Of a DNA stretch of 64,000 nt, positions 30,727-42,054 are shown piece by piece (the first letter of the stretch is position 1; the number at the start of each line of letters is the position of its first letter). The translations under genes and the position numbers were made by a program. Below the pieces are notes generated by a model. It was not told where the DNA came from. It was given only the letters and a program-made list of their open reading frames with translations, and searched no databases. The DNA is taken from contig CAZHOI010000001.1 in NCBI GenBank assembly GCA_964534365.1, forward strand, positions 55,560 through 119,559, read 5' to 3'. Source of the DNA: an uncultured Candidatus Saccharibacteria bacterium. GTDB lineage: Bacteria; Patescibacteriota; Minisyncoccia; Phycocordibacterales; SW-6-46-9.

Positions 30727-32979
30727 ATGTTAAAAACTCTATATCTAGTTTCCACCGCCCCTCCAACATCTTGTGGGTTAGCCACCTTTTCTAATCACGT
30801 TAAAAAATCACTTGAAACGGTATGGAATCAAAATCAAATGCAAGTCTCGCGAATAATTGTTCACGATGAATCAGATCAAGAGCTATTTGCTGATTCAGAT
30901 GAATTAAAAATTAGAAAAAACGTGGCCCATGATTATATACAAGTGGCCCAGACTATAAATTCAGACCCAGATTGTATTGGTGTATTATTACAACACGAAT
31001 TTGGTATATTTGGGGGTCGAAATGGTGAAATGGTAGCTAGTTTAGTTGAAACATTATCAAAGCCTTTATTTACTACCCTGCATACGGTACTTGAAACCCC
31101 TCAATCTAATCAAATAAAAATTGTCCAGGATCTAGCTAGTCGATCAGAAAAAATAATTGTTATGATCGATAGTGCCAAACAAATATTGCAAGACGTATAC
31201 CAAATATCACCGCGTCAGATCGAGGTTGTTCCTCACGGAATTCCTTTTGTCGAATTCGAGACCCCTTATGAGATTAGGTCGTTACTAAAATTGCCCAAAG
31301 AGGCTAAAATTATGTGCACATTTGGATTGCTTGGGCCAGGTAAAGGACTGGAGTATGGAATCAAAGCGCTAGCCGAGGCCCTCAAGCAGATAAAGGACCT
31401 TCATTATTTTATTATTGGGAGAACTCATCCAAATGAGTCAAGGCAAAATGGCGAAAATTATCGTAGGCATTTGCAAGAGCTAGCTAATGAATTAGAAGTG
31501 TCAGAACAAGTCCACTTTGTCGATAAATTTTTACCGGAATCAGAGCTACTACAATGGTTACAAAGCGCTGACTTATATATTTGTCCGCCGCAGAATCCTG
31601 AACAAGCCTCGTCGGGAACACTCTCATATGCACTGGGGTCGGGTCGGGCGGTTGTTGCTACCGAATTCTTGCACGCCAAAGACGTTATAAATGATGATAT
31701 CGGGTGGTTGATTCCCTTTGAAGATCATAATCACCTAGCCACCATTTTAATTAAAGCTTTTGCAGAACCTCATAGCCTTTATCGCAAGGGTAAAAACGCT
31801 TACTATCAAACACGTGAATGGTTATGGGATAATACCGCCCTTAAATTAGGTGAGATTATTGGCCTTGACAGTGTTCTATCACACCCCTATCGACTACCTG
31901 ATCCTTCTATAGAGCCGCTATTTAAACGTAGTGATGAATTTGGATTATGGCAATTTGGCACCTTGCACCAACCTGATGTTGTCAATGGATATACCCTTGA
32001 CGACAACGCCCGAGCGTTAATATTAATTACCAAATTATTACAAAACGAAACAGATATTCAGACTTTGACCCTGGACTCAATGCAGCAAACCTATCTTAAA
32101 TTGGTAATACGTTCATACACCAGCCCAAATCATGTCCATAATTATTTTAACCTTCATCATGAACCAGATCACGAACAGAATTCTATCGAGGAATTATCAG
32201 ATGCCAGGGCACGCGGTATTTGGGCGCTAGGCACTTATTTAGGATCTACCAAAACCGATCATAATGAATTAAAGGAAAAAGCGATAAACTTGTGGCAGGA
32301 GATCATTAATTCCAGCAGCTTTAATACTGCCGAGCTCTCGCCACGGGCATGTTCATTTGTAGGATTAGGTATCCTTCAACGGTTGAAGCTACCTGATTTA
32401 ATAAAATCCGAAAAACACTGTCTACATATTGCATTGCAAAATCGCCTAACTTATATTTCGGATCTGTTAACTAATACCAGCGATGAAAGCTGGTATTGGT
32501 ATGAAGATATTCTGGCATATGCTAATGGAATGTTGCCAGAATTTCATTTGTATGCAAGCGCTTATTTCAAAAACAATCCAGAGACCTCGCGCGCTTTACA
32601 GACTTTAGAATTTCTGTACCAACAATCAATTCTGGTATCGAATAATGAAACAACCATAATACCGATTGGCCAGAACGGATGGTTTAAAAAAGGGCATGAA
32701 AAAGCGCTGTTTGACCAGCAGCCTGAAGAACCAGCGCATTTGGTTTTAGCTTGTGCGGCAGCGGCCAAGATTAACAAAGATAGTATCTGGCAGGATCGAG
32801 CTTATGACGTCCTGAGCTGGTTTTACGGTAACAATGTTCATAATATGCACGTATACAACCGCCAAACCAATTCAACCTATGATGGATTACACGAATCCAG
32901 TGTTAACCTCAATAGTGGTGCAGAATCATTGATAATGCATGAATTAGCACTATTAGCCTATAAGAATTTAGAAGCATGA
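30727..32979 (+). CDS. GT4 glycosyltransferase with C-terminal extension
   Basis: PPTSCGLATF, QHEFGIFGG, TFGLLGPGKGLE, SSGTLSYALG; C-terminal GYTLDDNARAL, FDQQP, NLNSGAES. Confidence 0.85.
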   Translation: MLKTLYLVSTAPPTSCGLATFSNHVKKSLETVWNQNQMQVSRIIVHDESDQELFADSDELKIRKNVAHDYIQVAQTINSDPDCIGVLLQHEFGIFGGRNGEMVASLVETLSKPLFTTLHTVLETPQSNQIKIVQDLASRSEKIIVMIDSAKQILQDVYQISPRQIEVVPHGIPFVEFETPYEIRSLLKLPKEAKIMCTFGLLGPGKGLEYGIKALAEALKQIKDLHYFIIGRTHPNESRQNGENYRRHLQELANELEVSEQVHFVDKFLPESELLQWLQSADLYICPPQNPEQASSGTLSYALGSGRAVVATEFLHAKDVINDDIGWLIPFEDHNHLATILIKAFAEPHSLYRKGKNAYYQTREWLWDNTALKLGEIIGLDSVLSHPYRLPDPSIEPLFKRSDEFGLWQFGTLHQPDVVNGYTLDDNARALILITKLLQNETDIQTLTLDSMQQTYLKLVIRSYTSPNHVHNYFNLHHEPDHEQNSIEELSDARARGIWALGTYLGSTKTDHNELKEKAINLWQEIINSSSFNTAELSPRACSFVGLGILQRLKLPDLIKSEKHCLHIALQNRLTYISDLLTNTSDESWYWYEDILAYANGMLPEFHLYASAYFKNNPETSRALQTLEFLYQQSILVSNNETTIIPIGQNGWFKKGHEKALFDQQPEEPAHLVLACAAAAKINKDSIWQDRAYDVLSWFYGNNVHNMHVYNRQTNSTYDGLHESSVNLNSGAESLIMHELALLAYKNLEA

Positions 32980-34016
32980 AGTTTTTAATCCTCGCCGGTG
33001 GTTCGGGTACTAGACTTTGGCCCCTAAGTACCGCTAAAAAGCCAAAACAATTTCAAACTTTTTTAGGTAATCGAACCCTATTGCAAATGGCATATGATCG
33101 ATTATCATTTTGTAATCCAGGCAATATATATATTTCTACCAATCAAACCTATCGCAGAATTGTTAAAGAACAGCTGCCCGAACTAGCGGATAAAAATATT
33201 ATTGCTGAACCAGCTCGAAGAGACACGGGCCCTGGTATTGCCTATGCGATGAAATATATTGCTTCTACTAGCAGCGATCTAAATGAAGTAGTAACCATAA
33301 TCAATGCAGATCAGCTAATCACCTATAATGACGAGTTCGAAAATGTAGTTAAAGCGGCCCAAAAAATTGCGTCCGAGGATGAAAAGTTTGTTTTGGTAGC
33401 AGTTAAAACCAAATCCCCTAACCCAAATTTGGGATATATAAAAGTTGATTCGTTGATAAAAAGAATAGATAATATTCAGGTATATCAACTTGATAAATTT
33501 GTTGAAAAACCTAATAAACAATTAGCCAAAACATTTCATAATTCATATAAATTCCTGTGGAACACAGCTATTTTCACCTGGCAAATCAAAACTTTCTTCG
33601 AGAAATTAGAAACTCACGCCAAAGAGTTGGCTGATAATCTATTACAAGTTAATGACTTTAATAATTCCCAGACTATATATAATAATTTCCCCAAAATTTC
33701 ATTAGATTATGCCCTGATCGAGAAAATTCCCGTAGGTGATGTATTAGTTATTGCTACTGATTTGGGTTGGAGCGATATTGGAACTTGGAAAACCTTGTAT
33801 GAAGAGTTAGACAAAGACGATAATGACAACGTAATTCAGGGCCATTTTAAAATTCATAATGTTCAACACTGTTTGCTGGTTAATAAAACCAGCTCAGAAG
33901 CGATTTTATATAATTTAAATAATAAAGTGGTTATTAAAACTGCCGAGCAATTACTGGTTGGCGACCTTAATGATTCAGCGACCCTGAAATCTTTAGTTAA
34001 TAAACTGGGCAACTAA
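32976..34016 (+). CDS. manC: mannose-1-phosphate guanylyltransferase
   Basis: ILAGGSGTRLWPLS...PKQF, EPARRDTGP, FVEKP, ISLDYALIEK, WSDIGTW. Confidence 0.9.
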   Translation: MKFLILAGGSGTRLWPLSTAKKPKQFQTFLGNRTLLQMAYDRLSFCNPGNIYISTNQTYRRIVKEQLPELADKNIIAEPARRDTGPGIAYAMKYIASTSSDLNEVVTIINADQLITYNDEFENVVKAAQKIASEDEKFVLVAVKTKSPNPNLGYIKVDSLIKRIDNIQVYQLDKFVEKPNKQLAKTFHNSYKFLWNTAIFTWQIKTFFEKLETHAKELADNLLQVNDFNNSQTIYNNFPKISLDYALIEKIPVGDVLVIATDLGWSDIGTWKTLYEELDKDDNDNVIQGHFKIHNVQHCLLVNKTSSEAILYNLNNKVVIKTAEQLLVGDLNDSATLKSLVNKLGN

Positions 34017-34780
34017 TTTAAGTGCTCGCGTAAGATTTTTTCAGTTTCGTGATGAGATCTAACTGCCACCGTGTCCAGACCAGCAATATTTTTAACAACT
34101 TCATCATTACCACCAGGTTCTAATGAATCACCAAAATAAACTGCATTATCAGAATCTTTTTTTAAATACTCTAACACATTTCGAACGCCAAACTCTTTAT
34201 TAATCCCTTTTTTAGTAATATCAATCGAGGTCGAGCCACCGACCTTAACATCAAATTTTGGTAGCTGTGGTCGCAACCATAATGCCATTTTTTGTCGTTT
34301 ATCCCTGGTCGGGTCCCAAGCAACTTTTTCATTTCGTGGAGCTTGTTGTCCTAATGCTGACAAAGTGATTTGACCAACACGATTTTCAATTTGACCTGAG
34401 TATACTTTTTTTGGTTTTTCACTGTCATTTAATCTGGTAAAAGAATCTAAAAGTAGTTTTTTGATTGTCTCGAAATTCTGTTGATCTATCGAGTGATCAT
34501 AAAGTTGATTGTATTTGCCATTTTGAAAGTTAAACATCTGACTGCCACTAGCTGGCAGAAAAAACCATTTAGATAGATTAGTATTCTCGGGTGATAAATA
34601 TTGTAAAATTTGATCCTCGAATATGTACCAGGCAGAACCGGAAATAATCACAATATAATTATCTGCGGAAAGACTTTCTAATAACCGGCTCATTTCTGCC
34701 GTTATTGCAGTTTTAGTGTCCGTGATAGTATCGTCTTTATCAAAGATAAAAACTGATTTTTGGTCCAGGTCTATATTCAT
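34013..34780 (-). CDS. HAD-IIB family hydrolase (eukaryote-type phosphomannomutase-like)
   Basis: FDKDDT, IENRVGQITLSALGQQAP, GGSTSIDIT, YFGDSLEPGGND. Confidence 0.8.
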   Translation of the reverse strand: MNIDLDQKSVFIFDKDDTITDTKTAITAEMSRLLESLSADNYIVIISGSAWYIFEDQILQYLSPENTNLSKWFFLPASGSQMFNFQNGKYNQLYDHSIDQQNFETIKKLLLDSFTRLNDSEKPKKVYSGQIENRVGQITLSALGQQAPRNEKVAWDPTRDKRQKMALWLRPQLPKFDVKVGGSTSIDITKKGINKEFGVRNVLEYLKKDSDNAVYFGDSLEPGGNDEVVKNIAGLDTVAVRSHHETEKILREHLN

Positions 34781-35382
34781 GATTGTAGCAGTTTATCCGG
34801 TACCGGATATTGGGCGTAATCCGGCAGCAAGTTTTTACCATAAAGCAATCGGCTAAAGCACTCGGCCTCCCATTTAGCATCAGTCAAAGCATTATGCGGT
34901 TTAGGAATGGTTGGTAATCCACAGTATTTTTGAATGAAGTTACCGTAAATATCAGTGTGATTATTTTTAATTGTATAAAGATCACGATTATATACATGAA
35001 GGTGGGCAAAAACTAAACTATGTAGATCAACCGATCGTTTACCTAATGGCCAAGCTAGATTCTCGCGATTTGCCGCGATCTCCAAAAATTGCAAATCAAA
35101 CCCGCCGATATGCAGACCAGCAGGAGTGTGATCCTCTATTGAGGCAAACCAGTCAATAAATGATTTAAGCAAAATATATTGACTTTCTTTGGTTTTGTCA
35201 GTGATTTCAGCGATGGAAAATCCATGAATTGGCAGTGACTCTTCGTCAATTTTTGCCCCCTCCCAAACCTTGGCTTCAGAATAAAATTGATTGTCTGGAT
35301 TCTCAAACTCGATAGCACCAATTGTGATAATGGCATGTTGTCTGGGATTAGTACCGGTGGTTTCAATATCAATTACAATCAT
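34777..35382 (-). CDS. DEDDh 3'-5' exonuclease
   Basis: IDIETTG, FDLQFL, HNALTDA. Confidence 0.88.
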   Translation of the reverse strand: MIVIDIETTGTNPRQHAIITIGAIEFENPDNQFYSEAKVWEGAKIDEESLPIHGFSIAEITDKTKESQYILLKSFIDWFASIEDHTPAGLHIGGFDLQFLEIAANRENLAWPLGKRSVDLHSLVFAHLHVYNRDLYTIKNNHTDIYGNFIQKYCGLPTIPKPHNALTDAKWEAECFSRLLYGKNLLPDYAQYPVPDKLLQS

Positions 35383-35384
35383 AG

Positions 35385-35837
35385 TTAAAAATTACAATTT
35401 TTGGCTGGTTCATAACCTGCCTGTTGAGCAATATCAGTTGATTCAAAGTAAATTCGGTTTTCTAACTTTATCCGATCACCACTTTTGCAACCATGATTAT
35501 AATACTTGGTACCATTAACCGATCCGAATACAATCGACTGATTCTCATTCGGGTGTGATTCGACTGGTAAATTATTTGTATTAATTACTGGTTCACTGAT
35601 TACCCCAATAGCTTGGCTGTTAATACTAGCTAAACTAGCCTCTAGTCGAGCTAACTCACGATTTAAATTACCCTCTTTTGTCTGGCTTGTCTGGACCAAG
35701 GTTGCATTTAATGGTTCGGCTTGATCGGACAGCGCCGACTGCTTGCCCAATTCATAGCCGGTCGAGCCCGATACTAGTATTAAAAGTAATATCAAGCTAG
35801 CTTCAAGCCAGTTATTTTTGAGTGTTGCGATTAACAT
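35385..35837 (-). CDS. membrane-anchored protein with C-terminal Ada-like metal-binding domain
   Basis: TM, then GSVNGTKYYNHGC...RIYFES...AQQAGYEPAKNC. Confidence 0.7.
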   Translation of the reverse strand: MLIATLKNNWLEASLILLLILVSGSTGYELGKQSALSDQAEPLNATLVQTSQTKEGNLNRELARLEASLASINSQAIGVISEPVINTNNLPVESHPNENQSIVFGSVNGTKYYNHGCKSGDRIKLENRIYFESTDIAQQAGYEPAKNCNF

Positions 35838-35916
35838 AGTTATAAACTATAATCTGCGGGTATCAGGCGCAAGCCATCTACAACAAAATTATAGCAAAAA
35901 ATATCTCTAGATTACT

Positions 35917-36195
35917 ATGGCAAAAAGAAAAGCAGCTGGTAAAGCTTCCAATTTAACTGATTCCAATCCTAAATATTTAGGCATTAAAGCCAATCAAGGC
36001 CAAGAGGTTACAACAGGCTCAATTATCGTGCGACAACGTGGTTCAAAATACCTACCAGGCAGTAATGTTGGTGTTGGCAAAGATTATACTTTATTTGCCA
36101 TGGTGGACGGCGTAGTTTCATTTACCGAAAAGCGCAAAAAGAGTTTCACCGGTTCAACTTCAAAAAAGAAGGTAGTAAACGTTACTACTAGATAG
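35917..36195 (+). CDS. rpmA: 50S ribosomal protein L27
   Basis: [31 protein letters not shown]. Confidence 0.97.
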   Translation: MAKRKAAGKASNLTDSNPKYLGIKANQGQEVTTGSIIVRQRGSKYLPGSNVGVGKDYTLFAMVDGVVSFTEKRKKSFTGSTSKKKVVNVTTR

Positions 36196-36261
36196 ATAAA
36201 TAATTTATTTATAAAATTTAAAAAACCTCTAAATGTAGAGGCTTTTTTTATTATAAAATTC

Positions 36262-36717
36262 CTAGATTTGATTAGCAGTGACATTAAGCATTGCTGAACC
36301 GACTACTTCATCATTATGTTGCAGTGACACCTCGTATTCACCAGTTTGTTTAATAGATCCTTCTGAGAGAGCTAGCTCGGCTGGTTGTAGTTCTTTACCA
36401 GTAATCAAGCTAATCATTCGTGATAACTTTTCCTCGTTCAAACTAGCAAATAAAACTCCGGAATCATTTGCCTCTACCGGTAAGTTAAATTGCTGGCCTG
36501 TCAATTCTTTCAGAGCAGTTACACGATCAGCGGCATCTTTGGCTTTGTTAGAGGCACTAGATTCTACCTTGGCAATTAATTGCTGACCCTGTGGTGAATC
36601 AGATTTATAAGCCAAACCATGGGGAATTAAAAAGTTTATTCCATAACCATTGGACACTTGTACTACGTCACCTTTTTGCCCAACATGAGCAACATCTTGT
36701 GTTAATACTATTTGCAT
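36262..36717 (-). CDS. rplI: 50S ribosomal protein L9
   Basis: MQIVLTQDVAHVGQKGDVVQVSNGYGINFLIP, IKQTGEYEV. Confidence 0.93.
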   Translation of the reverse strand: MQIVLTQDVAHVGQKGDVVQVSNGYGINFLIPHGLAYKSDSPQGQQLIAKVESSASNKAKDAADRVTALKELTGQQFNLPVEANDSGVLFASLNEEKLSRMISLITGKELQPAELALSEGSIKQTGEYEVSLQHNDEVVGSAMLNVTANQI

Positions 36718-36750
36718 ATGGACTATATTACCAAGTCCCAATCTTGATTG

Positions 36751-38109
36751 CTAGTTAGATTTTAGTAGATCCAAGGCTTTATCCAGCTGCTCATCAATTT
36801 CAACGGTTTCTTGATCATCCTCGATTATAACATCAGGTTCTAGCCCTCCATCAGAGATTGACCGACCATTAGGCGTTAGCCATCTAGCGGTTGTAATCTT
36901 GATAGCAGTATCGCCGCGTAATGGAATCAGTTCTTGGACTGACCCCTTTCCAAAAGTGTTTTCACCAATTACTACGCCCAGATCATAATCTTGAATAATA
37001 CCGGCAAATATCTCGGAAGCTGAAGCTGAACCCTGATTGACCAATACCGCCAGTGGTTCAGTGCGAAGTTTTTCTAGATAATATCCTTTACTGCGATACA
37101 ATCTATTGTCTTGCGAGGAACTACTACCCAGTCTTTCGCGAACCAAAACCTCTCCGGCATCAGCAAACCAAGAACCCAGCTCAACTGCCGACATCAAATA
37201 ACCGCCGGGATTATTACGTAAATCAATAATCAAACTGTCTGCACTACTGTCCTGATATTCGCGCAATGCACCCCTAAAACGATCATCTAGATCAGCGCTA
37301 AATGAATAGATCGAGATAATAAAGACACCATCTTCCACTTTAGTTCGTAAAACTGGTATGTCGATTTCGGCTCGTTCTACCGATATTTCCAAAGTTTCTT
37401 CAGCTGATTCGCGCGCAACTTGCAACTGAACAATAGTTCCTGATTCTCCTCTGATCAAACTAAGGGCTTGATTTAGACTGATGTCCAGGGTGGAAGTATC
37501 ATCGATTTTTAAAATTATATCCCCTGATTTAATGCCAGCAGCCTCGGCAGGAGATTCTTTGAGTGGCGCTACCACCCGCAATAAACCATCTTTGCTTAGA
37601 CCAATCTCCATGCCTACTCCGCTAAATGAACCCCCTTCAACACTTTCATTAAAACGCTCTAATTCGGTTGGCGTAAAGAATTCCGTATAAGGATCGTCAT
37701 AACTCTCGGCTAAACCTTCGATCAAACCATATAATTTCATCTGATTAGTGACAGCTTCGCTATCAGAAACAAATTTTGATTCTAAAAGCGACCAGGCTTC
37801 CCATAGCGGTTTCAAGTCAATCCCCTGATCTATATTAGTGTCAGATTCAACTCCAGGATTAATATTTTGCATTATTGGAGCCGCTGATATGTCCCGATAA
37901 TTAGCTAGTACAAAACCAAGGGAAAAAGCTAATAATAGCGTTATTGAATTAAGGATTAATCGACGGGACTGATTAGGCTTCTGATCATGTTGGATAGCAG
38001 GAATTGATTTAGACAAATTATTGCTCGCGCGTAAACTGCTTTGTCTGTGATTTGCAGTTTTATTTACCGAGCTATTTATATCTTGATTATTAGAGGATTT
38101 TGAGTGCAT
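36751..38109 (-). CDS. S41 family C-terminal processing peptidase
   Basis: TM, PDZ (FSGVGMEI), IDLRNNPGG, SASASEIFAG, TFGKGSVQ, WLTPNGRSI. Confidence 0.93.
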   Translation of the reverse strand: MHSKSSNNQDINSSVNKTANHRQSSLRASNNLSKSIPAIQHDQKPNQSRRLILNSITLLLAFSLGFVLANYRDISAAPIMQNINPGVESDTNIDQGIDLKPLWEAWSLLESKFVSDSEAVTNQMKLYGLIEGLAESYDDPYTEFFTPTELERFNESVEGGSFSGVGMEIGLSKDGLLRVVAPLKESPAEAAGIKSGDIILKIDDTSTLDISLNQALSLIRGESGTIVQLQVARESAEETLEISVERAEIDIPVLRTKVEDGVFIISIYSFSADLDDRFRGALREYQDSSADSLIIDLRNNPGGYLMSAVELGSWFADAGEVLVRERLGSSSSQDNRLYRSKGYYLEKLRTEPLAVLVNQGSASASEIFAGIIQDYDLGVVIGENTFGKGSVQELIPLRGDTAIKITTARWLTPNGRSISDGGLEPDVIIEDDQETVEIDEQLDKALDLLKSN

Positions 38110-38184
38110 AACTACTATTTTATATTATACACTTTTATTAATAGCTACGAAACAATTAGGAGGTCAATTTGCTACAATAAACCA

Positions 38185-39084
38185 GTGATTGTTCAGTACG
38201 AATTTAAACAGTTTCAATGGTTAGATGTCCAAAAACCGACCAAAGACGAGCTAATGTTGTTGCAAACTAATTATGGTATTGATAGCCAGATAATTAACGA
38301 TCTGATCCAACCACTATCCGATACACGAGTCACCCAAATATCGGATCAAATTTATTTTACTTTTCACACGGTCACAAGTTTATCGCTGAACTCCCAGCCG
38401 AGCTGGTATGAACTTGATGTCATTATAACTGACCAAACTATTATCACTGTTATCTACGAACCTCTTAACGCCATAAATGAATTGCGTGACGAACTAGAGA
38501 TTGAAACAAGCCTTAACAGACAGAAAAAAATCACTTCGGCCGATTTCCTGGGCGGTTTGATGATGAAAGTTCATCAAGACCTTCGAAATTTATTGGCAGT
38601 TATCAATTCAGAACAACAAAAAATCGATGAGCGAATATTTGGCGGGTCTGAACGAGCAATGGTGCGATCAATTTCGAATATTGGTCGCAATTTGTTTCGT
38701 TTAAACCAAACAATCGCCGAACAAAGGCACGTCTTGAAATTCTTCCCCACCACAGATCAACCACTTGAAAAATTTCTACATTTCTGGGATCGAGAACTTG
38801 ACCACACCACCGATCAAACATCTGCTCAATATCAGTTGTACCATGATCTGCGCAAAACTAACGAGGAGTTGTTAGCGACAAAACAAAATGAGGTGATGCG
38901 AAAATTGACCTTGGTCGCCTTTATTACCTCCCCCCTTACAATTTTGGCGGGTATTTTTGGAATGAACACTCAATCAGTACCTTTTGTTGGCAGCGCAAAT
39001 GATTTCTGGGTAGTTTTGGGAATTATGGCTGCAGTGGTAGTAATAACGGTAGTAATCCTTAATATAAAGGGGTGGTTTGAATAA
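38185..39084 (+). CDS. CorA family divalent cation transporter
   Basis: NEVMRKLT...AGIFGMN, two C-terminal TMs; GTG start at 38185 lies 6 nt after TACAAT. Confidence 0.88.
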   Translation: MIVQYEFKQFQWLDVQKPTKDELMLLQTNYGIDSQIINDLIQPLSDTRVTQISDQIYFTFHTVTSLSLNSQPSWYELDVIITDQTIITVIYEPLNAINELRDELEIETSLNRQKKITSADFLGGLMMKVHQDLRNLLAVINSEQQKIDERIFGGSERAMVRSISNIGRNLFRLNQTIAEQRHVLKFFPTTDQPLEKFLHFWDRELDHTTDQTSAQYQLYHDLRKTNEELLATKQNEVMRKLTLVAFITSPLTILAGIFGMNTQSVPFVGSANDFWVVLGIMAAVVVITVVILNIKGWFE

Positions 39085-39085
39085 T

Positions 39086-40519
39086 ATGAAACTTTATTTC
39101 CACAACACGAAAACCAGAGTCTTGGAACCCTTTAATCCGATCTCGCCAAACCAGGTGGGTATATATCATTGCGGACCTACGGTTTATGATAACGCTCATG
39201 TCGGAAATTTATGCCCTTATATATATTGGGACGTCATGCGACGCCAATTTGAGGTCTGGGGATATCAGGTAACGCAGGTAATGAATTTTACGGACATTGG
39301 CCACATTTTTGCGGATCAAGATCAAGGAGACGACAAAATGGTATCAGCCCTGCAGAATGAGGGTTTGAAATTGACAATTGAAAACCTTCACATACTAGGA
39401 AAAAAATATGCGCGCAGTTATTTAAATGATTTAGCCGCTCTAAATATCAAACAACCACATCATTTGCCATACGCATCAAAGCATATCGAAGAAGATATTA
39501 AAATCATAAAACGATTAATCGAGCGCGGCTTTGCTTATGTAATTGAACATGATGCTATTTATTTTGATACCGGAAAGCTTAAAAATTATGATTATTTTGA
39601 TATCCATGGTGATTTAGATGTTACCCATGCGCGTGTAAAAAATAATACTCAGAAGCGCTCGCCTCGGGACTTTTCGTTATGGAAATTTGCTGATTCAGGC
39701 AGCTCAATCGGCTGGGAAAGTCCTTGGGGGATCGGTTTTCCCGGGTGGCATATTGAATGTTCGGCCATGGCCTGGCGTTATTTAGGCGAGAGTTTTGACA
39801 TTCATACCGGTGGAATCGAACATATAGCGGTTCACCACACCAATGAAATAGCTCAATCAGAAACAGCCTTTGATTCGGCAATGGCCAACTATTGGCTTCA
39901 CAATAATCACCTGCATTTAAACGGACAAAAAATTTCTAAATCAGTGGGTAACGTGATGTATCTAGATGAACTAGAAGCTAATGGTTATCATCCGGCTGAT
40001 TTTCGATACTTAATCTTGACTTCGCATTATCGCAGCGAACAAAATTTAACCACGCAAAGTTTAAACGCATCACGATCGGCCCGGCGCAGCTTATGGGAAA
40101 AATTTAAAAATCTGGATTCTAGTACGCCAGGCAATCAAAGCAATAACTCAAATATTGACTTAAATATCGACACTGGCAACACAATCATTGCCGATTTATT
40201 AGAAACCTTGTCCAAAGACCTCGATACCCCAAATACTCTAGCGGGGCTTAGAAAGACACTTAACTCGCCCGACTTATCAACTGATGAACTAAAACAACTA
40301 TATATATTTAGTACCGATATATTGGGAATTGATTTTAGTGATTTAGAAGCTGCTGCAGAGGACATTCCGGCTGCTATTATGGCCCTAGTCGCCCAGCGCG
40401 ATACTGCTAAAAAATCTCGAAATTATGACCAAGCTGATGAAATTCGCAAGCAAATATACCAGCACGGATTTAATATCATAGATACGCCAGATGGCACCAA
40501 ACTGCACAAGCGAACCTAG
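39086..40519 (+). CDS. cysS: cysteine--tRNA ligase
   Basis: [39 protein letters not shown]. Confidence 0.96.
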   Translation: MKLYFHNTKTRVLEPFNPISPNQVGIYHCGPTVYDNAHVGNLCPYIYWDVMRRQFEVWGYQVTQVMNFTDIGHIFADQDQGDDKMVSALQNEGLKLTIENLHILGKKYARSYLNDLAALNIKQPHHLPYASKHIEEDIKIIKRLIERGFAYVIEHDAIYFDTGKLKNYDYFDIHGDLDVTHARVKNNTQKRSPRDFSLWKFADSGSSIGWESPWGIGFPGWHIECSAMAWRYLGESFDIHTGGIEHIAVHHTNEIAQSETAFDSAMANYWLHNNHLHLNGQKISKSVGNVMYLDELEANGYHPADFRYLILTSHYRSEQNLTTQSLNASRSARRSLWEKFKNLDSSTPGNQSNNSNIDLNIDTGNTIIADLLETLSKDLDTPNTLAGLRKTLNSPDLSTDELKQLYIFSTDILGIDFSDLEAAAEDIPAAIMALVAQRDTAKKSRNYDQADEIRKQIYQHGFNIIDTPDGTKLHKRT

Positions 40520-40599
40520 TTTATACACAGGTTCTCCAGCAATCTTTAACCAAATCACAGCCGGATTTAATTTATAAGTGATACAATCTAGATAGAAAG

Positions 40600-42054
40600 A
40601 TGTCAGATAACCATAAAAAAAATAAAGCCGGCAGCACCAAAAAAACACCGGCCGGATCTAATAGTATTCCCTCGCCAATATCCGACCTGAGGGTTCCCCC
40701 ACAATCAATTCATGCCGAACAAGCACTACTGGGATCAATTATGATCCGACCGGATTGTTTGCACGACATTATTGATTTAGTCCGACCTGAATCGTTTTAC
40801 TTGCCCAAACATGAATGGATATATTCTGCGGTTCTAAATTTATTTTCCAAATCCGAGCCTATTGATGCCCTAACCTTGACCAACTGCCTGACTGAACGCA
40901 AACATCTGGATAAATGCGGCGGCATTGACTATATTGCCGATTTATCCCAAGCAGTTCCATCATCAGCCAATGCCATCTACTATGCCGAAATTATACAGAA
41001 AAAACACATTGCTCGATCTTTGATTAAAGCGGCTCATGATATCGCCAGTAATTCGTATGAAGAGTTGCTGGAAATTGCCGATTTAATAGATTCGGCAGAA
41101 AAAAGGTTGTTCGAAGTTTCTGGACTAATGAAAACATCTGATGTGACCTCACTACCTGATGAACTGTCAGGTGCATTCGAGCGGCTAGAGCAATTATCTA
41201 ATTCTGATAAATCTCTGAGAGGCGTATCAACTGGCTTTAAATCGCTGGACAACAAACTATCTGGCCTACAGCGGTCAGATCTAGTTATTTTGGCAGCTCG
41301 ACCATCGGTCGGAAAGACGGCCCTTGCCCTTGATATTGCCCGACAAACTGCGCTACAACACGATTCCAGCGTCTTAATATTCTCGCTAGAAATGAGTTCG
41401 GGACAATTGGTAGATCGAATGTTGGCTGCTGAATCACGAGTTGACGCCTGGCGTTTGCGAACCGGAAAAGTCCAAGCCGATTCTGATTTTGCCAAATTGC
41501 GCGAGGCACTAGGGCGATTGTCTAAAGCCCAAATTAATATTGATGACCAAGCCGGTAATACCGTTCTGAATATGCGATCGGTAGCTAGGCGGGTGAAACG
41601 TGAATCAGGACTGGATTTAGTAATTGTTGATTATTTGCAATTAATGTCGCCGTCTGGTCGCTTTAAAAATTCGGACAATATGGTTCAACAGGTATCAGAA
41701 ATCTCTCGATCGCTAAAAATTCTGGCCCGTGAATTAGATGTACCTGTATTGGCCCTATCACAGCTATCACGTGCGGTCGAACAACGCGGTGGCAAACCCA
41801 GGTTGTCTGATTTGCGCGATTCTGGATCAATCGAGCAAGATGCTGATGTAGTAATGTTTATTCATCGCGAACGCGAAGAAGTTGGCCGATCTCAAAATGC
41901 GGAAATCTTAATCGAAAAACACCGTAATGGTCCGGTTGGACGAGTTGAGCTGATGTTTGATCCCGACAAATCATGCTATTTGGATATTGAACAAAGTGAT
42001 TATGACACCTTTGCCAATGGGCCCGAGAGCCAGTATGATGGCAATTTTGAATAA
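40600..42054 (+). CDS. dnaB: replicative DNA helicase
   Basis: PPQSIHAEQALLG, AARPSVGKT, VDYLQLM, LSQLSR, DLRDSGSIEQDAD, KHRNGP. Confidence 0.97.
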   Translation: MSDNHKKNKAGSTKKTPAGSNSIPSPISDLRVPPQSIHAEQALLGSIMIRPDCLHDIIDLVRPESFYLPKHEWIYSAVLNLFSKSEPIDALTLTNCLTERKHLDKCGGIDYIADLSQAVPSSANAIYYAEIIQKKHIARSLIKAAHDIASNSYEELLEIADLIDSAEKRLFEVSGLMKTSDVTSLPDELSGAFERLEQLSNSDKSLRGVSTGFKSLDNKLSGLQRSDLVILAARPSVGKTALALDIARQTALQHDSSVLIFSLEMSSGQLVDRMLAAESRVDAWRLRTGKVQADSDFAKLREALGRLSKAQINIDDQAGNTVLNMRSVARRVKRESGLDLVIVDYLQLMSPSGRFKNSDNMVQQVSEISRSLKILARELDVPVLALSQLSRAVEQRGGKPRLSDLRDSGSIEQDADVVMFIHREREEVGRSQNAEILIEKHRNGPVGRVELMFDPDKSCYLDIEQSDYDTFANGPESQYDGNFE

